From an uncultured Phycisphaerae bacterium (GTDB lineage: Bacteria; Planctomycetota; Phycisphaerae; Sedimentisphaerales; Anaerobacaceae), in contig CAWHBY010000001.1 in assembly GCA_963827855.1 (NCBI GenBank), positions 133,799-197,798 on the forward strand: a stretch of DNA of 64,000 nt, read 5' to 3'. The translations under genes were made by a program, and so were the position numbers. Position 1 is the first letter of the stretch, and the number at the start of each line of letters is the position of its first letter. The notes under the pieces are model-generated. The model had not been told where the DNA came from and did no database searches. It saw only the letters and a list, made by a program, of their open reading frames with translations. Of this stretch, positions 9,965-19,317 are shown in pieces.

Positions 9965-12892
9965 ATGAAGAGTAAGATTGTTAGCTTGACCTGTTTTGTT
10001 CTGGCGTTGAGTCCGGCCGCTTATGTCCTTGCGGTTGAAAATGGAATCTCAAAGACGCCCGCGCCAATAGTGATAGACGGCGTCAAGGATGGTGTCTGGG
10101 TCACTGCACCCACCTATCCGATAGCGAACGCCGTTGCCGGGGCAGGCTCGAACACCGGCTGTTCAGGCAGTTGGCAGGCGTTGTGGGATTCAACAAACCT
10201 CTATGTCTTCGTCGACGTGAATGATGAGACGCTGAATCGTGATTCCTCAGGTAATTGGAACGATGACAGCGTGGAGGTCTTCGTTGATATCCACAACGAC
10301 AAGGCCACGAGTTATGTCGCCGGCGCTGATGACTACCAGTATCGATTCAACTGGGAGAGAGACAAACCGGGGTCCGTCGGAGCAGACCACGGTGATGTCA
10401 CCGGTATCGATTTCAGGGTCGTGACTACCGCCAACGGGTACGCCGTTGAAGCTGCGATGCCCTGGACCCTTCTCTTTCAGGACAAAGGAGGGCCGTCGAT
10501 CGGCGACTTCATGGGATTTGAGGTGCAGATCAACGATGATGACAATGGCGGTGACCGGGACAACCAGCTCGACTGGTTCTCGACGGGAAACAACGCATGG
10601 AGCAATCCAAGCACCATTGGAACGGTTACCCTCGCTCCTGGCAATGCACCTATCGCAGTTGATCCAAAGCCGGCGGACAAGGCCACGGACGTGTCTCGGG
10701 AGGCGGTGCTGAGTTGGACGCCGGGACCCTTCGCGGGTAAGCACGACGTCTACTTTGGGACGGTGTTTGACGACGTGAACGCCGCCAGCCGGTCTGATGC
10801 CAAGGGTGTGTCGGCCGGTCAGGGCCAGGATGCCACCACCTTTGATCCCCCTGGGCTGCTGACCTACGGCCAGACCTACTACTGGAGGGTCGACGAGGTC
10901 AATGCCACACCGGATGCCTCCATCTACAAGGGCGAGGTCTGGAGCTTTACCGCGGAGCCCTATGGCTATCCGGTCAAGCCCGTCAAGGCCACGGCCTCCA
11001 GTTCGATGAGTTCCAGCATGGGGCCTGACAAGACCATCGACGGCTCCGGAATGGACGGCGCCGGTCTCGGCCATGGCACGTCCGCAACCACCATGTGGAT
11101 GAGCAAGAAGGGCTCTGGTCCGGTCTGGGTCCAGTACGAGTTCGGCAACGTCTACAAGCTCTACCAGATGTGGGTGTGGAACTCGAACCAGGCGGTCGAG
11201 GCGGTCGTCGGCTTCGGCGTCAAGGACGTGAAGGTCGAGACCTCCACAGATGGCACCACCTGGACGGCAGTGCCCAATGTGTCCCAGTTTGCGCAGGCCC
11301 CGGGTGAAGAGGGCTACGAGCACAACACGACTGTAGACTTCGGCGGTGTCCAGGCCAAGTTCGTCAAGCTGACGATCGACAACAACTGGGCGGATAGCAC
11401 CAAGCAGGCCAGCCTGAGTGAGGTGCGGTTCTTCTACGTACCGGTCAAGGCCTTTGGCCCCACCCCGGCCACAGGCAGCACGGGTGTAACGGTCAACGCG
11501 ATGCTGAGTTGGCGTCCAGGCCGTCAGGCAGTCAAGCACCAGGTCTACGTCGGCAGCGATTCGGAGGCCGTGGCCAAGGGTACAGTGTCGGCCACGACCG
11601 TGACCGGGCCGAGTCTGTCCCTCGCATCTATGGCCCTGGAGTATGGCAGGACCTACTACTGGAAGGTCAACGAGGTCAATGACGCAGCCACACCCAGCAC
11701 CTGGGAAGGCGACGTCTGGAGCTTCGTGGTCATTGACTATGCGGTGGTCGATGACTTCGAGACGTGTGACGACGTCTGCAACCGGGTCTTCTTCAACTGG
11801 GTGGATGGATTTGGCCATACCGGTTCCGCGGATTGTCAGGTTGCGCCCTCTGCGGGCAATGGCACAGGCTCGACGGTCGGGAACATGAGTGCGCCATTTG
11901 CCGAACGGCGTATCGTCCATGGTGGCAAGCAGTCCATGCCGATGACGTACGACAACTCCAAGAGTCCCTTCTACTCTGAGGCCCAGAGGGAGTGGCCGAC
12001 CAACCAGGCCTGGACCGGTGGCGGTGTGAACACCCTGGTGGTCTCTCTCCGCGGCGATGCACCCGGCTTCGTTGAGACCTCACCCGGCAACATCCTGATG
12101 AACGGGATGGGCACGGACGTCTGGGACGCCTCAGATCAGTTCCGGTTTGCGTACAAGGTGCTCAAGGGCAATGGCACGATCGTGGCCAAGGTCGAGAACG
12201 TCGGTACCAGCCACGAGTGGGCCAAGGCAGGCGTTATGATCCGCGAGACCATATCGTCCGGCTCGAAGCATGCCTTTGTGGCAGCGACGCCCACGGCCAG
12301 CCACGGCGTCTCTTTCCAGCGCCGTGTGGACGCGGACACGGCCACCAACCTGAGCACGGACGTGGCCAACACGTCCCTTCCGCAGTGGGTCAAGCTGACC
12401 CGTAGCGGCGACGCGTTCACGGCTCAGTACTCCAGCAATGGCGTCACCTGGACCGACGTCGCCGTCAGTCCCGCGGTCTCGATCAGCATGGCCAGTGACG
12501 TACTCATCGGCCTAGCCGTGAGCAGCCATGCGGCCAACGTGATCTGTGGGGCAGAGTTCTCCAATGTCTCGACTACAGGAGGCGTCTCTGGACAGTGGCA
12601 GGTCGCGGATGTGGGCGTGCCACAGCTTGCAGGCAACACACCCGAGACGTTCTACATTGCGGTCCAGGATAGCGCAGGCAAGGTGGCGGTCGTCAGCAAT
12701 CCCGATGCGACCCTCATCGCCACGGGCGACTGGCAGAAGTGGAGCATCCCGCTGAGCCAACTGACCTCCAGCGGCGTTAACGTCGGCAGCATCAAGAAGA
12801 TGATCGTCGGCGTAGGCAACCGCAATGCGCCCAAGGCCGGCGGAATTGGCAAGATCTGCATCGATGACATCCAGTTGACGCGCACCCAGTAG
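9965..12892 (+). CDS. Secreted multi-module glycan-binding-type protein: CBM9-like N-module plus the discoidin (F5/8 type C) chassis (paralog 1 of 4)
   Basis: 975 aa. Signal peptide MKSKIVSLTCFVLALSPAAYVLA. CBM9-like motifs (IVIDGVKDGVW, WDSTNLYVFVDVNDE, DDSVEVFVD, GFEVQINDDDNGG). Two DVYFGT..GQTYYW(R/K)V(D/N)EVN..VWSF modules flank a discoidin domain (KATASS..GPDKTIDGSG..WVQYEF..YKLYQMWVWNSNQ..FVKLTI). ConA/DUF1349-like segment (GTIVAKVENVGTSHEWAKAGVMIRE). Conserved C-terminal module ending GKICIDDIQL. Confidence 0.85.
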   Translation: MKSKIVSLTCFVLALSPAAYVLAVENGISKTPAPIVIDGVKDGVWVTAPTYPIANAVAGAGSNTGCSGSWQALWDSTNLYVFVDVNDETLNRDSSGNWNDDSVEVFVDIHNDKATSYVAGADDYQYRFNWERDKPGSVGADHGDVTGIDFRVVTTANGYAVEAAMPWTLLFQDKGGPSIGDFMGFEVQINDDDNGGDRDNQLDWFSTGNNAWSNPSTIGTVTLAPGNAPIAVDPKPADKATDVSREAVLSWTPGPFAGKHDVYFGTVFDDVNAASRSDAKGVSAGQGQDATTFDPPGLLTYGQTYYWRVDEVNATPDASIYKGEVWSFTAEPYGYPVKPVKATASSSMSSSMGPDKTIDGSGMDGAGLGHGTSATTMWMSKKGSGPVWVQYEFGNVYKLYQMWVWNSNQAVEAVVGFGVKDVKVETSTDGTTWTAVPNVSQFAQAPGEEGYEHNTTVDFGGVQAKFVKLTIDNNWADSTKQASLSEVRFFYVPVKAFGPTPATGSTGVTVNAMLSWRPGRQAVKHQVYVGSDSEAVAKGTVSATTVTGPSLSLASMALEYGRTYYWKVNEVNDAATPSTWEGDVWSFVVIDYAVVDDFETCDDVCNRVFFNWVDGFGHTGSADCQVAPSAGNGTGSTVGNMSAPFAERRIVHGGKQSMPMTYDNSKSPFYSEAQREWPTNQAWTGGGVNTLVVSLRGDAPGFVETSPGNILMNGMGTDVWDASDQFRFAYKVLKGNGTIVAKVENVGTSHEWAKAGVMIRETISSGSKHAFVAATPTASHGVSFQRRVDADTATNLSTDVANTSLPQWVKLTRSGDAFTAQYSSNGVTWTDVAVSPAVSISMASDVLIGLAVSSHAANVICGAEFSNVSTTGGVSGQWQVADVGVPQLAGNTPETFYIAVQDSAGKVAVVSNPDATLIATGDWQKWSIPLSQLTSSGVNVGSIKKMIVGVGNRNAPKAGGIGKICIDDIQLTRTQ

Positions 12893-12927
12893 TGATGATA
12901 GGTGGGTCGACCGTCTGTAGAGGCAAG

Positions 12928-12977
12928 TCAGGGGCCTGTGCCGCATGGGCATGGGCCCCTGATGTCTCTGTTTGTTT
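12928..12977 (+). terminator. Intrinsic terminator of the 9965 gene
   Basis: Stem TCAGGGGCC (12928-12936) / GGCCCCTGA (12954-12962) followed by a T-rich tail TGTCTCTGTTTGTTTC. It lies 36 nt after the TAG stop. Confidence 0.6.
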
Positions 12978-13131
12978 CAGAAGGCTGTTTCGTACCGTCA
13001 GCCGAGGCTATAAGCTGACGGTGATCACGTAGATCAGATGGTACCCAAGCTCTCTCCTCTCGGAGTCTGGGGCCTGCGTCGCGGTGATGCAGACCCCGAT
13101 AGGATCGCCGCCAGCCGCCAACGGCTAGCTG

Positions 13132-16077
13132 TCACGGCTGGAGACGGATGTCGTCAATGTACACCTTGCCGACGCCTCCAACTTTCGGCGAGTTCCGGTC
13201 GCCGATACCCAGATAGAGCTTCTTGATATGGCTCAGGTCGACCCCTGCCGACGAGAAGTCGGTCAGCGGGATCTGGACCTCCTGCCACGCGCCCGTAGCG
13301 ATCTGCGTGGGATCCGTACTCTGCACTGCTTTGGCTCTCCCGGCGCTGTCCTCCACAGCCGCATAGAACGCCTCGAACGGATTGCCGGCAACCTGGGACG
13401 TTCCGACCTCCGCCACCTGCCACTGGCCGGACACATTGCCCGTGGTCGAGACGCCGGAGAACTTGGCGCCGCAGACCACCCCTGCGGCGTGGCTGGTCAC
13501 CGCAAGGCCAATGAATACGTCATTGGCCATCGCGATCGTCACGGGGTTGGTCGGCACGATGTCCTTCCACGTCTCCCCGTCGGCGGAACACTGCGCCGTG
13601 AGGGAATTGCCGTTGCGGCTCACCTTCACCCACTGGGGCAGGGGTGTACTGGCAACGTCGGCGCTCTCGCTGGTCCCATCCATGGTGGGACGGCACTGGT
13701 AGGAGACGCCATGTGTGGCAGTAGGCGTCACCGCCACAAACGCGTGGGGCGACCCTGACGCCACGCTCTCGCGGATCATCACGCCCGCCTTGGCCCATTC
13801 ATGCGTATTGGTCACGCTTTCCAACTTTGCCACGATCGAGCCGTTGCCCTTGAGGGACTTGTAGGCAAAGCGGAATTGATCGCTATTGGTCCAGATGTCC
13901 GTGCCTGTCCCATTCATGATAACCGTCCCTGGAGAGGTCTCCACGAAGGCCGCGGCATCCCCTCGCAGGTACACCACCAGGGTGTTGCTCCCCCCGGTGC
14001 TCCAGGCCTGCGGAGTCTGCCACTCGTGCAGGGCCTCTGAGTAGAAGGGGCCCTTGGTATTGTCGAACCACATGGGCATCGACTTGGATCCGCCATGGAC
14101 GATCATTCTTTCGGAAAACGGAGGATTCGTGTTTCCCACTGTGGAACCCGTCCCATTGCCCGCGGAGGCCGCCAGCCCGCAATCCGCAGACGCAGAGTAG
14201 CCAAATCCGTCCAGCCAGGCAAAGAAGACCCGCTTGCACGTGTCGTTGTACGACTCGAAGTCGTCCACCGCGCCGTACGCCGGCGTGCTGAAGCTCCACA
14301 GGTCCCCCTCCCACGACGTCGGATTGGCGGCCTCGTTGACCTCATCGACCTTCCAGTAGTAGGTCCTCCCGTAGCCGAGGTCAAGGGCGGTCAGATTGAA
14401 GCTAGGCTCGGTGAGCGTTTTGGCCGCAGCCGTCCCATGGGTCACGGCGTTGGCGTCCGAGCTGAGATACAGTTGGTGTTTGGCAGCCTCCCGGCCCGGA
14501 TGCCAGGTGAGGGCCGCGTCCAGGGCTACGCCCGATGCCGCGGATGGAGGCTGAGGCGCCCTGGCACGCACTGGGACGTAGAAGAACCGGACCTCGCTCA
14601 GGCCCGCCTGCTTGGTCCCATCGGCCCAGTTGGCGGCAATGTTCAGCTTCACGTACTTGGCCAGCGCGCCGCCGAAATCCACCGTGGTGTTGTGGACGTA
14701 GTTCGGCTCGCCCGTGGCATCAGCAAACTCCGGCACGCCGGCCAATGCCGTCCAGGTGGTGCCGTCCACGGAGGTCTGGATCGCCACGTCCTTGGCGCCG
14801 AAACCGCTTATCGTCTCGACCTGCTGGTTGGAGTTCCACACCCACATCTGATAGAACTTGTAGACCCTATCGAACTCATACTGGATCCAGATGGGGGATA
14901 CGTTTTTCTTGCTGAGCCACATCTGCGACGCGGACACGCCGTGCTGGTCCATGGCATCGAGTCCGGAACCATCGATCGTCTTCTCGGGCCCCATGGTGGC
15001 AGCGAACGAACTGGACGCCGTGGCCTTGACAGGCTTGACAGGATAGCCGTAGGACTCGGTGGCGAAGCTCCAGACAGTTCCCTGGTCCCAACCGGAAACG
15101 CCGTTGGCCTCATCGACTCGCCAGTAGTACGTCGTGCCGAAACTGAGGCGTCCCGCAGCGTCGTAGCTGTTCGCATCCTGAGCCGAGACGACGGCCGTCC
15201 CGTCGTCTACCGCCCTGAACTCATCGCTGAGCAAGACTCTGTGCTTGGGCGACGATCCGCCGCTGTACACTCCGGGCGTCCAACTCAAGATGGTCTTGGC
15301 GGCCACTTCCTCTGCTCCGTGGGCCGGACTAGGATTAGAGGCGCGTGCGCCGCTGTATTCGCCGGTCACAAGGATGTTGTCGATGGCCCACCACCAGTTG
15401 TTGCCACAGTCGAACAGGCCCCAGGTCAAGACCATCGCTCTGGCACCTGCGGGAGCGATGACCTCGAGCGAGACCGTTTCGTTTGTGGCGTCCGCCTTGT
15501 AGTTCGCACTGGCCGGGTTGGATTCCCAACGGAACAGCTCCTTAGGCTCGCCACCGTCAAACGAGACTCTCAGGTTCCCTGTCTGGCGGCCGTAGTCGGC
15601 GTACTCGGGGCGCCAACTCGAATCGAACGTGAGGATGAGAGTACCGGGCCTTGCCGAGGAGATGTCTATCGCCGGCGTACTCAGATAGGTGTTGTACTGC
15701 CCCGCGGCGTGGGCTATGTCGTCCCATTCATCCGGGTCGGCAATGGCGACGGTTCCCGTTCCCTTGGTAAACTGGGTGCGGTTCTGGTCGGCGGCCGTGG
15801 TTGCCCACCAGGTCCTGTCCGCGAAGGACCACCCAGCCCATTCGGTCACGCCGTCCTGAGTCGTGTTGCCTGCCCCGGGGACGCCCGAGTCATCTATGGT
15901 CCAACCAGGCGGGGCGGTCTTGGTCCACACCGAATCGCCTGCCAGGGCCTCATCCACGTTCGGACCCAGGACAAGGCCGTCGAAGTCTTCTGACAGCAGT
16001 ACGTAGGTGGTTCGTGCTTGCGCCACCCCGACGAGAGCCCAGACAAGGGCCAACTGGAAGACCATGGTCCTTTTCAT
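13132..16077 (-). CDS. Secreted discoidin-chassis protein, paralog 2, with a distinct N-terminal beta-sandwich module
   Basis: Start trimmed to ATG 16077 (MKRTMVFQLALVWALVGVAQA; GAGGAG RBS 7 nt upstream). Unique N-module (..WAGWSFADRTWW..NNWWWAIDNILVTG). The rest shares the chassis: HRVLLSD..GTTYYWRVDEAN, YGYPVKPVKATASS..GPEKTIDGSG..WIQYEFDRVYKFYQMWVWNSNQ, LYLSSD..GRTYYWKVDEVN, GSIVAKLESVTNTHEWAKAGVMIRE, ..GKVYIDDIRL. Confidence 0.85.
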   Translation of the reverse strand: MKRTMVFQLALVWALVGVAQARTTYVLLSEDFDGLVLGPNVDEALAGDSVWTKTAPPGWTIDDSGVPGAGNTTQDGVTEWAGWSFADRTWWATTAADQNRTQFTKGTGTVAIADPDEWDDIAHAAGQYNTYLSTPAIDISSARPGTLILTFDSSWRPEYADYGRQTGNLRVSFDGGEPKELFRWESNPASANYKADATNETVSLEVIAPAGARAMVLTWGLFDCGNNWWWAIDNILVTGEYSGARASNPSPAHGAEEVAAKTILSWTPGVYSGGSSPKHRVLLSDEFRAVDDGTAVVSAQDANSYDAAGRLSFGTTYYWRVDEANGVSGWDQGTVWSFATESYGYPVKPVKATASSSFAATMGPEKTIDGSGLDAMDQHGVSASQMWLSKKNVSPIWIQYEFDRVYKFYQMWVWNSNQQVETISGFGAKDVAIQTSVDGTTWTALAGVPEFADATGEPNYVHNTTVDFGGALAKYVKLNIAANWADGTKQAGLSEVRFFYVPVRARAPQPPSAASGVALDAALTWHPGREAAKHQLYLSSDANAVTHGTAAAKTLTEPSFNLTALDLGYGRTYYWKVDEVNEAANPTSWEGDLWSFSTPAYGAVDDFESYNDTCKRVFFAWLDGFGYSASADCGLAASAGNGTGSTVGNTNPPFSERMIVHGGSKSMPMWFDNTKGPFYSEALHEWQTPQAWSTGGSNTLVVYLRGDAAAFVETSPGTVIMNGTGTDIWTNSDQFRFAYKSLKGNGSIVAKLESVTNTHEWAKAGVMIRESVASGSPHAFVAVTPTATHGVSYQCRPTMDGTSESADVASTPLPQWVKVSRNGNSLTAQCSADGETWKDIVPTNPVTIAMANDVFIGLAVTSHAAGVVCGAKFSGVSTTGNVSGQWQVAEVGTSQVAGNPFEAFYAAVEDSAGRAKAVQSTDPTQIATGAWQEVQIPLTDFSSAGVDLSHIKKLYLGIGDRNSPKVGGVGKVYIDDIRLQP

Positions 16078-16431
16078 TTCTCTACTCCTCACCCATGACC
16101 TCACGTTCTGCGGGCCAATCGCGAACGCCAACGGAAGAACCCCTGTGCGTTGTTTGTACCACAGTCCAGGGCTGGAGCACAATAGCAATCTGGGACGCGA
16201 TGCCCCGAGCGGGAAGCGGGAAGCAAAGTGACTTGCCAGCGGGAGCCAGATCTGGTACAAATATTAGTGGGTAAGTCCGATAAGTTCGGGCTTGGCTCTT
16301 ACTGTCTGCGCGTCGGTGTAGGATGCCCCTGAAGGAAGGAGGTGTTCAGGTCGATTCAACTGTAGTCTGTTTGGAGGAGATGTCCACTGAGTTAGGTCGC
16401 ATCGCGACTGATGAGTTGAGGAGCCAGTAGA

Positions 16432-19227
16432 ATGAGAACTCGATGGTTTTGGCTGGTCGTGTTGACGGTAGGGGTTCTGGGGGTCGGCGCAGGCCGTGCT
16501 CAAGACGTCACGAACATCCTGCCCAACGGCGGTTTCGAGAGTGGCGCGATAGGGCCCTTTGGCACCTACGGCGCTGCCACGACCGAGATCGTGACTGAAT
16601 GCGTGGGTGCGGCTGTCCCCGAGCCCCCGGTCGAGGGGACCCACTGTCTGCACGTGACGGTCGCCGCGGCAGGGACCAACAACTGGGACGTCGGCATGAC
16701 CGACGGCAGTCTCAGCTTCAAGCAGGGCAAGAAGTACACCTTCTCCGTCTTCATGAAGACGAAGTCTGGCACGTTGCAGGTCCGCCTGAAGCCCGAGCAC
16801 TCTACGGGTGACTATGCGGCCTATGGCGAGCTGATCGTGACCGTCACTGACACGTGGACCGAATTCACCACGACCACTCCCGTCATGGCGGCCGACGTGA
16901 CGCCCGCCAGCCCCACCTTCCATTTCGCCTTTGCACCCGGCGATTTCTGGATCGATGGAGTCAGATTCTATGAAGGCGACTATGTTGCGCCGTCATTTCG
17001 GAAGATTCCCACGGCTCAGAATCCAAGCCCCAAGACGAACGCGGTCGACGTGCCTCGCGACGCGACGCTGAGCTGGAAGGCAGGACCCTTCGTCGGCACG
17101 CACAACGTGTACTTCGGCACGGCCTCTGACGACGTGAACAATGCTACCCTCAGCAGCCCCGCGAGTCTGCTGGTCAGCCGTGGTCAGGCGGACGCCGCCT
17201 ACACACCCGCCAGCATTCTGGACTTCGGCCAGACTTACTATTGGCGGGTTGATGAGGTCAATGCCTCAGCGGACGCCACCGTCTACAAGGGCGACCTCTG
17301 GAGCTTCACCACTGAGACCTACGGCTATCCGATCAGGCCCATCAAGGCGACGGCCTCCAGCGTGTTCGCCTCCACGATGGGACCTGACAAGACCATCGAT
17401 GGCTCCGGGCTCGACGCCTTGGACCAGCACGGCGTGGCTGCGTCGCAGATGTGGCTCAGCAAGAAGAACATATCTCCCGTCTGGATCCAGTATGAGTTCG
17501 ATAAGGCCTACAAGCTCTACCAGATGTGGGTATGGAACTCCAATCAGGCGGTTGAACCGATCAGCGGTTTCGGGGCCAAGGAGGTGAAGGTCGAGACCTC
17601 CACGGACGGCACCACCTGGACGGCGCTGGCCGGCGTGCCGGAGTTTGCCGACGCCACGGGCGAGCCGAACTACGTCCACAACACGACCGTGGATTTCGGC
17701 GGCGTAGAGGCCAAGTACGTCAAGCTGACCATCGCCACCAACTGGGCGGACGGGACCAAGCAGGCCGGCCTCGCAGAGGTGCGGTTCTTCTACCTACCCG
17801 TCAAGGCCTTCTCCCCGACACCAGCGGATGCCGCCACGGGTGTGGCCAGGAACGCGGTCCTCAACTGGCGTCCGGGCCGATTGGCGGCCAAGCACCAGGT
17901 CTACCTGGGGACGGATGCAAGCGCCCTGCCCCTGGTTGGCACCGTGACTCCGCACAGTCTCAATCTCGATTCGCTGGGGCTGTTGTACGGCAAGACCTAC
18001 TACTGGAGGGTCGATGAGGCCAACGACGCAGCCAGTCCTGCAGTCTGGCAGGGCGACCTGTGGAGCTTCACGACCATCGGATACGCGGTCGTGGATGACT
18101 TTGAGGCCTATGACGACGCCTGCAGCCGCATCTTCTTCAGTTGGAAGGATGGATTCGGCTACTCTGCATCGCCGGATTGTGGCGTGGCGGGGTCGGCAGG
18201 CAATCAGACCGGCTCCACGGTGGGCAATATCAATCCGCCGTTTGCCGAGAAGACCATCATTCACGGCGGCAACAAGTCCATGCCGATGCCCTATGACAAC
18301 ACCAAGGCCCCGTTCTACTCTGAGGCTGAGCGGGAATTCGCGACGCCTCAGGTCTGGACCACGGGCGGGCTCTCCACCCTGCAGATCTTCGTACGGGGCG
18401 ATGCGCCTTCCTTCCTGGAGATCTCGCCAGGGACCATCCTCATGAACGGCACGGGCACCGACGTCTGGGATGCCTCGGACCAGTTCCGGTTTGTGTACAA
18501 GACCCTCAAGGGCAATGGTTCGATCGTCGCCAAGGTCGAGAGCGTGGGCAACACCCACGAGTGGGCCAAGGCAGGCGTGATGATCCGGGAGACCGCGTCG
18601 TCTGGATCGACGCATGCCTTCACCGCAGCGACTCCCAACGCCGCGCACGGCGTCTCGTTCCAGCGCAGGCTGGACACGGACATGGCCACCAATGCGTCCA
18701 CAGACGTGGCCAATATGCCCATGCCGCAGTGGGTCAAGGTGACCCGCAACGGCAGCACCTTCACCTCCCAGTACTCGGCGGACGGCAAGACCTGGACCGA
18801 TGTCCTCGCAGGAGGCGTCACGATCAACATGGCCAATGACGTCATGATCGGTCTGGCGGTGACCAGCCACGCGGCAGGGGCGGTCTGCGGCGCCACGTTC
18901 TCGAATGTCTCGACGACGGGCACCGTTTCGGCTTCCTGGCAGGTTGTGGATATCGGCGCAGCCCAGACGGGCGGCAACTCGCCGGAGTCGTTCTACGTGG
19001 CTGTGCAGGACAGCGCCGGCAAGGTGAAGGCCGTGACCAACCCGGATACCACCGTGATCGCCACGGGCTCATGGCAGCAGTGGAACATCCCGCTGAGCCA
19101 GTTCAGCTCCGCAGGCGTGAACGTCGGCAGCATCAAGAAGATCATGGTCGGCGTCGGCGATCGGACCTCTCCGAAGGCCGGAGGCGCAGGCAAGGTGTAC
19201 ATCGACGACATCCTCCTGGTGCCCTAG
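16432..19227 (+). CDS. Secreted discoidin-chassis protein, paralog 3, with a CBM4/9/22 (CenC-like) N-module
   Basis: 931 aa with a GAGGAG RBS. Signal peptide MRTRWFWLVVLTVGVLGVGAGRAQD. N-module ILPNGGFESG..NNWDVGM..KKYTFSVFMK..FWIDGVRFYEG. The remainder is about 80% identical in aa to paralog 2 (for example LAGVPEFADATGEPNYVHNTTVDFGG is identical). Confidence 0.85.
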   Translation: MRTRWFWLVVLTVGVLGVGAGRAQDVTNILPNGGFESGAIGPFGTYGAATTEIVTECVGAAVPEPPVEGTHCLHVTVAAAGTNNWDVGMTDGSLSFKQGKKYTFSVFMKTKSGTLQVRLKPEHSTGDYAAYGELIVTVTDTWTEFTTTTPVMAADVTPASPTFHFAFAPGDFWIDGVRFYEGDYVAPSFRKIPTAQNPSPKTNAVDVPRDATLSWKAGPFVGTHNVYFGTASDDVNNATLSSPASLLVSRGQADAAYTPASILDFGQTYYWRVDEVNASADATVYKGDLWSFTTETYGYPIRPIKATASSVFASTMGPDKTIDGSGLDALDQHGVAASQMWLSKKNISPVWIQYEFDKAYKLYQMWVWNSNQAVEPISGFGAKEVKVETSTDGTTWTALAGVPEFADATGEPNYVHNTTVDFGGVEAKYVKLTIATNWADGTKQAGLAEVRFFYLPVKAFSPTPADAATGVARNAVLNWRPGRLAAKHQVYLGTDASALPLVGTVTPHSLNLDSLGLLYGKTYYWRVDEANDAASPAVWQGDLWSFTTIGYAVVDDFEAYDDACSRIFFSWKDGFGYSASPDCGVAGSAGNQTGSTVGNINPPFAEKTIIHGGNKSMPMPYDNTKAPFYSEAEREFATPQVWTTGGLSTLQIFVRGDAPSFLEISPGTILMNGTGTDVWDASDQFRFVYKTLKGNGSIVAKVESVGNTHEWAKAGVMIRETASSGSTHAFTAATPNAAHGVSFQRRLDTDMATNASTDVANMPMPQWVKVTRNGSTFTSQYSADGKTWTDVLAGGVTINMANDVMIGLAVTSHAAGAVCGATFSNVSTTGTVSASWQVVDIGAAQTGGNSPESFYVAVQDSAGKVKAVTNPDTTVIATGSWQQWNIPLSQFSSAGVNVGSIKKIMVGVGDRTSPKAGGAGKVYIDDILLVP

Positions 19228-19270
19228 TCGGGTTCAGTGGCCTTTAGCCGGTTCTTTCACCGGGCATACC

Positions 19271-19309
19271 GGGGCCCGCGTCCGAGCGACGCGGGCCCCG
19301 TTTCTGTTG
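19271..19309 (+). terminator. Intrinsic terminator between convergent genes
   Basis: Perfect 12-bp stem GGGGCCCGCGTC (19271-19282) / GACGCGGGCCCC (19288-19299), a 5-nt loop, then GTTTCTGTT. Confidence 0.65.
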
Positions 19310-19317
19310 GCGGATGG

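Noticed and set aside
10247-11920. 557-aa antisense ORF. Similar ones occur at 14095..15993 (632 aa) and 17794..18870 (358 aa), opposite the discoidin paralogs.
   Set aside because: Same reasoning as above: low-complexity Arg/Gly/Asp/Val-rich products. The opposite strands encode conserved paralogs with clear domain motifs and signal peptides.
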